Assembly (NCBI GenBank): GCA_964388265.1
Contig: CAYLXZ010000001.1
Location: forward strand, 4,933-24,057
DNA from: Candidatus Micrarchaeota archaeon
GTDB lineage: Archaea > B1Sed10-29
Direction: 5' to 3'
DNA length: 19,125 nucleotides
The position numbers were made by a program, and so were the translations under genes. A model generated the notes under the pieces. It saw only the letters and a program-made list of their open reading frames with translations, had not been told where the DNA came from and ran no database searches. Positions 15,922-19,125 of this stretch are shown here, in pieces (positions within the stretch are counted from its first letter, which is position 1; each line of letters begins with the position of its first letter).

Positions 15922-16173
15922 ATGACAAGAGAAAAAATAGGAACAGTGAAAGAATACAATGAAGAGAAATCAAAAATCAAGGTTCACCTCACAGAATCTC
16001 TTTCAGAACACGATGAGATAGCAGTGCTCGGACCAGTAGCCTATCAATCCCAAGAAGTAGACAAGATCACTAAAGATGGGAAAGAGGTAGAAGAAGCTGA
16101 AGAAAACGATGATGTAGAAATCTCTACAGATACTCAGGTCAGAGAAGGAACCTCAGTATACAGAATGAAATAG
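15922..16173 (+). CDS. Small beta-barrel protein resembling the 'translation elongation factor-like' / peptidase U32 C-terminal domain
   Basis: Pattern KIG.V..Y......V.L...L...DEI...G......Q.V..I..DG..VEEA...D.V.I.....VREG..VY. Confidence 0.65.
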   Translation: MTREKIGTVKEYNEEKSKIKVHLTESLSEHDEIAVLGPVAYQSQEVDKITKDGKEVEEAEENDDVEISTDTQVREGTSVYRMK

Positions 16174-16186
16174 AGTCAATTAAAAT

Positions 16187-16492
16187 CTAGCTCTTCTTAA
16201 GTTTATCTTTAATCTCTTTAAGTCTCTTCTTTCTTTTCTCTAGCTTCTGGATCTTATCTTCATTTCCAGTCTTCTTCGCTACATTCATCAAAGCATCAAT
16301 CTTCCTGGATGACTTTCTAAGCGACTTGCTAGCTTCTTCCTTCGGCATGCTCTTCAGGGTTTTAACCGCTTTCTCTTCCTTCATCTTCCCTACAGAAGGA
16401 TAGGTCTTTTTAGCTTTTTTATCACTTATCTTCCTGAACATCTTCTTCTTTTTCTCCTTCTTTTCCTTCTCTTTCTTGGAGAATATATCCAT
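16187..16492 (-). CDS. Highly basic Lys-rich hypothetical protein
   Basis: 101-aa ORF filling the gap between plus-strand genes, with a strong SD (GGGTGA-AGAC-ATG). Confidence 0.6.
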   Translation of the reverse strand: MDIFSKKEKEKKEKKKKMFRKISDKKAKKTYPSVGKMKEEKAVKTLKSMPKEEASKSLRKSSRKIDALMNVAKKTGNEDKIQKLEKRKKRLKEIKDKLKKS

Positions 16493-16555
16493 GTCTTCAC
16501 CCTAATTATTATTAAATCGCTAGGTATATTAAAGACACCGTGACAGGTGAAGTAA

Positions 16556-18424
16556 ATGAAACTATTAACCATACACTCCGACTACTTGAAGTACGAGGCC
16601 AAAAAGAAAGCTATCGACAGCGCCAAGGAACCAGAACAAAGAAAAGAAGATATAGATGAATGCCTCATAGCTTTCCAAGGAGTAGAGAAGGTAGATGAAG
16701 AAGACCCGGAGAAGATAGCTGAAAAAACCGTGGAAGAAATAAAAGACATAGTCAAGAAAGTCAACACAGACACAGTAGTACTCTACCCTTTCGTACATCT
16801 AACTGAAGATCCAGGATCACCTTCAACAGCCGTAAGAGTCCTTAACAAAGAAGAAAAACTACTCAAGGAAACTGATTTAGAGATACATAGATCACCGTTC
16901 GGCTGGTACAAAGCATTCGACCTAAAATGCAAAGGACACCCACTCGCCGAACTCAGCAGAAAGATAACATCAGAGGAGAAAGAAGAACCAGCTAAAGAAA
17001 GAGAAGGAGCCGAAGAGCTCCGTCAATTCATCATAATAGATAGAGAAGGAAAGGAACACGAGATTAATCCGGAGAGACCAGAAGAAATAGAGTTCCTCGA
17101 TGACTCAAGAGAACACAATAACCTAAAGAAATACATAAAGTACGAAGAACAAGGACAACAAATAGAAGAAGAACCTCCTCACATTAAATTAATGAAAGAA
17201 CACGAACTAGTAGACTACTGCGAAGTAAGCGATGCAGGACACTTCAAATGGCATCCAAAAGGACTCATAATAAAAGAATTAATCCTAGACTACCAAGATG
17301 AACTAGCAAGAGAATACGGAGCATTCAAAATACAAAACCCTCTCCTATACCGGCTGGGAGACGAAAGAACAGAGAAACTAATAGGAGAGTTCAACGAGAA
17401 AATATACTCCTGGGAAGAAGACGGCGATGAACTAGCCTTAAGACCAGCTTCCGATCCAGGGCAGTTCCCCTACGCTCAGAACCTAGATATAAGCTACAAA
17501 CAACTCCCTTTAAAACAATATGAAGCTTCTCCATGTTTCAGAAAGGAACAAAGAGGAGAATTAACAGGCCTAAGAAGAGTAAGAAACTTCTTCATGACAG
17601 ACATGCACACATTCACAGCAAACGAAGAAAAAGCCCAACAAGAATTCGAAGAACTATCATTCGTATGTAAAGACATAATGAATTCAGTTATAAGCAAAGG
17701 AGACTGGATAGTAACATGGACAGGAACAGAAGAATACTGGGAAAAAAACAAAGGATGGATAAAGAAAATAACAAAAGAAATGGAAGTACCAGGACTAGTT
17801 AGACTGTCAAAAGAAAGAACTCACTACTACGACATGAAGATAGACTATCAAGCCATACATCCACAAGGCACAGTAACCGAAGTTTCCACAGTCCAGATGG
17901 ACAGAATAAACGGTGAAAGATTCAATATAAAATATACGGGAAAAGATAACAAACAACACCCCTGCACAATACTCCACTGCTCCACCTTTGGATCCATAGA
18001 AAGAACACTCTCCTTCATGCTAGAAGACGCACTAAGAGAAGATGGAAAAAACCCAATGCTCCCAATATGGCTATCACCAGCACAAGTCAGATTAATCCCA
18101 GTCAGCGAAGACTCAATGGAATACACAGAAAAAGTAGCAGACAAAATACAAAACGAAGACATAAGAGTAGACATAGATGATGAAGATGAATCCGTTGGAA
18201 AGAAGATAAGGAGAGCAGAGAAAGAATGGGTACCAGTAACGATAGTCATAGGACCAGACGAAGAAGAATCAGGAGTATTCGAACCAAGACTAAGAAAAGA
18301 AGACGAAGAAAAGAAGATGAGCCTAGAAGAAATACAGAACTACATCCACAAAGAAACTGCGGGCTATCCCTACAAACCGCTCCCACTACCAAAGAAACTC
18401 AGTGAAAGACCACAGTTCAGATAA
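16556..18424 (+). CDS. thrS: Threonine--tRNA ligase, archaeal type with N-terminal editing domain
   Basis: MKLLTIHSD, VEK.DE, LYPFVHL, RSPFGWYKAF.L.CKGHPLAELSR editing domain; EPPH, SDAGHFKW.PKG, FRKEQRGEL.GL.R.R.F.MTDMH, ILHCS.FGSIER, P.LP.WLSP.QVR.IP and an anticodon-binding domain. SD AGGTGA. Confidence 0.97.
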   Translation: MKLLTIHSDYLKYEAKKKAIDSAKEPEQRKEDIDECLIAFQGVEKVDEEDPEKIAEKTVEEIKDIVKKVNTDTVVLYPFVHLTEDPGSPSTAVRVLNKEEKLLKETDLEIHRSPFGWYKAFDLKCKGHPLAELSRKITSEEKEEPAKEREGAEELRQFIIIDREGKEHEINPERPEEIEFLDDSREHNNLKKYIKYEEQGQQIEEEPPHIKLMKEHELVDYCEVSDAGHFKWHPKGLIIKELILDYQDELAREYGAFKIQNPLLYRLGDERTEKLIGEFNEKIYSWEEDGDELALRPASDPGQFPYAQNLDISYKQLPLKQYEASPCFRKEQRGELTGLRRVRNFFMTDMHTFTANEEKAQQEFEELSFVCKDIMNSVISKGDWIVTWTGTEEYWEKNKGWIKKITKEMEVPGLVRLSKERTHYYDMKIDYQAIHPQGTVTEVSTVQMDRINGERFNIKYTGKDNKQHPCTILHCSTFGSIERTLSFMLEDALREDGKNPMLPIWLSPAQVRLIPVSEDSMEYTEKVADKIQNEDIRVDIDDEDESVGKKIRRAEKEWVPVTIVIGPDEEESGVFEPRLRKEDEEKKMSLEEIQNYIHKETAGYPYKPLPLPKKLSERPQFR

Positions 18425-18451
18425 ACACCTACTCGTAGGTTATCACCAAGG

Positions 18452-18477
18452 AAACCCACTACTTTAGTGGTGGGTTT
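18452..18477. repeat. Inverted repeat / hairpin (IS end)
   Basis: AAACCCACTACT-TT-AGTGGTGGGTTT has 12-nt arms with one G.T pair. Confidence 0.9.
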
Positions 18478-18487
18478 AAGCGAGAGG

Positions 18488-18496
18488 TATTTAAAG
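18488..18496 (+). promoter_or_regulatory. TATA box inside the element driving the small ORF and tnpB (leaderless)
   Basis: TATTTAAAG is preceded by purine-rich CGAGAGG (BRE-like), and TTTAAA ends 24 nt before ATG 18520. Confidence 0.6.
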
Positions 18497-18519
18497 AATG
18501 AAGTTGTGGATAATAGTAT

Positions 18520-18657
18520 ATGGTTGTAATAAGAAAGGTTTGGGAAAGAACTAGCAATAACCAGAAGATGGTTACAATCCCAAAACATTCAGATATAGAG
18601 CCTGGAGACTATGTAAAGATCAAGAGGGTTAAAGATGAGGAAAACAATCAAAGCTAA
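18520..18657 (+). CDS. 45-aa AbrB/MazE/SpoVT-like DNA-binding protein
   Basis: Manual translation: MVVIRKVWERTSNNQKMVTIPKHSDIEPGDYVKIKRVKDEENNQS*. RKV......VTIPK...I.PGD.V.I is the swapped-hairpin signature. It overlaps the tnpB start by 23 nt. Not in the ORF track. Confidence 0.7.
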   Translation: MVVIRKVWERTSNNQKMVTIPKHSDIEPGDYVKIKRVKDEENNQS

Positions 18658-19125
18658 AGTATCCGATGCAACAAACAACTCCAAGAAAAAAATCTTGGAG
18701 AAAGAATGGAATAAATGGAAAAACCTAAAGAAAGAAGTAAAGAAATGTAGAAAAGAAGGCTACTACGACATCCTAGATAACAAATACCAATTCTTCAAAA
18801 CAGATGAGATACACGCCTCATACGTTTCACACGCAATAAATCAACTAAAAGGTCAGAATGAACCTCTGCCCCTAAGGAATGATTGTTTCAACATACAGAA
18901 AAGAGACACAGAATTAGTTCCTTTCTGGGGCTCCATACCTACAAAAGAGAGAAAAAGAGGAGTAAAAATCCCACTTGAAGTCCCTTACAGATACTACGAT
19001 ACTTTAGAGGATTGGGAGATTAAGGACTCTCATTTAATAAAGAAAGATAATGAATTCTGGATTTATATTACTGTTGAGAAGGAGATAGAGACCAAAAAAG
19101 AATATAACGGAGTTCTTGCTATAGA
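18635..19125 (+). CDS. tnpB: TnpB/Cas12f-like RNA-guided endonuclease, N-terminal part (truncated by the window edge)
   Basis: Manual translation of 163 codons without a stop: MRKTIKAKVSDATNNSKKKILEKEWNKW...EPLPLRNDCFNI...FWGSIPT...GVKIPL...WEIKDSHLIKKDNEFWIYITVEKEIETKKEYNGVLAI-GA(n). The WED strands and GVLAI(D) fit the RuvC-I entry. Not in the ORF track. Confidence 0.85.
   Translation, partial: MRKTIKAKVSDATNNSKKKILEKEWNKWKNLKKEVKKCRKEGYYDILDNKYQFFKTDEIHASYVSHAINQLKGQNEPLPLRNDCFNIQKRDTELVPFWGSIPTKERKRGVKIPLEVPYRYYDTLEDWEIKDSHLIKKDNEFWIYITVEKEIETKKEYNGVLAI

Larger units (their letters stand above)
18444..19125 (+). mobile_element. IS200/IS605-family (IS1341-like, no tnpA seen) element: left end and 5' part
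   Basis: Subterminal hairpin GAAACCCACTACTTTAGTGGTGGG of the IS605 type, preceded by TTAT (18440-18443, putative target motif) and followed by a promoter, a tiny ORF and a tnpB-like ORF. The exact left boundary is inferred. Confidence 0.7.

Noticed and set aside
16495..16552. Inverted repeat CTTCACC ... GGTGAAG flanking the intergenic region before thrS
   Set aside because: It is explained by the two Shine-Dalgarno sequences of the divergent genes.
18427..18440. ACCTAC-TC-GTAGGT mini-hairpin after the thrS stop as a terminator
   Set aside because: The stem is short with no following T-tract, and archaeal terminators are usually oligo-T. Its function cannot be supported.
18503..18512. GTTGTGGATA resembling part of the trmB/tes palindrome (GTTGTGGTTA)
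   Set aside because: It lacks the second arm, and a 9/10 match is plausible by chance in 19 kb.
5..18588. Numerous antisense or alternate-frame ORFs in the track (e.g. 5..259, 396..833, 4751..5140, 10148..10789, 13163..13639, 14872..15333, 17848..18249, 18370..18588)
   Set aside because: They overlap well-supported genes, are mostly Ser/Phe/Leu-rich mirrors of the A-rich sense strand, and show no motifs or SD support.

Overview
Gene-dense, AT-rich archaeal chromosomal segment. Archaeal markers are GatD/GatE, an archaeal-type ThrRS, Elp3, TrmB, TATA-box promoters and GGTGA Shine-Dalgarno sites. The lineage cannot be fixed from this window; a DPANN-like archaeon is plausible. From left to right: a partial secreted protein, thpR, a catalytically stripped class III ribonucleotide-reductase (NrdD) homolog with ATP cones divergent from an Lrp/AsnC gene, UPF0201, two surface proteins (one with a 4x ~123-bp PQQ-like repeat), an elp3-gatD-kinase-gatE operon converging on a trmB-ACT-Ubl-ncsA/ttuA operon, a tetraether-synthase (Tes/GDGT-MAS)-like radical SAM gene with two small ORFs, thrS, and the left end of an IS200/IS605-family element carrying a tiny AbrB-like ORF plus a tnpB-like gene cut by the window edge. 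Four genes absent from the ORF track were found by manual translation (1..203, 12542..12688, 18520..18657, 18635..19125) and several starts were revised. The most notable points are the apparently dead RNR paralog, a probable AUU start codon, a minimal ubiquitin-like protein ending in -SSG instead of -GG, a palindromic operator between trmB and tes, a Cys-to-Asp change in the ThrRS zinc site, and the AbrB-like/TnpB cassette. No rRNA, tRNA or CRISPR array was seen. All family calls come from motif recognition by eye, not from database searches.
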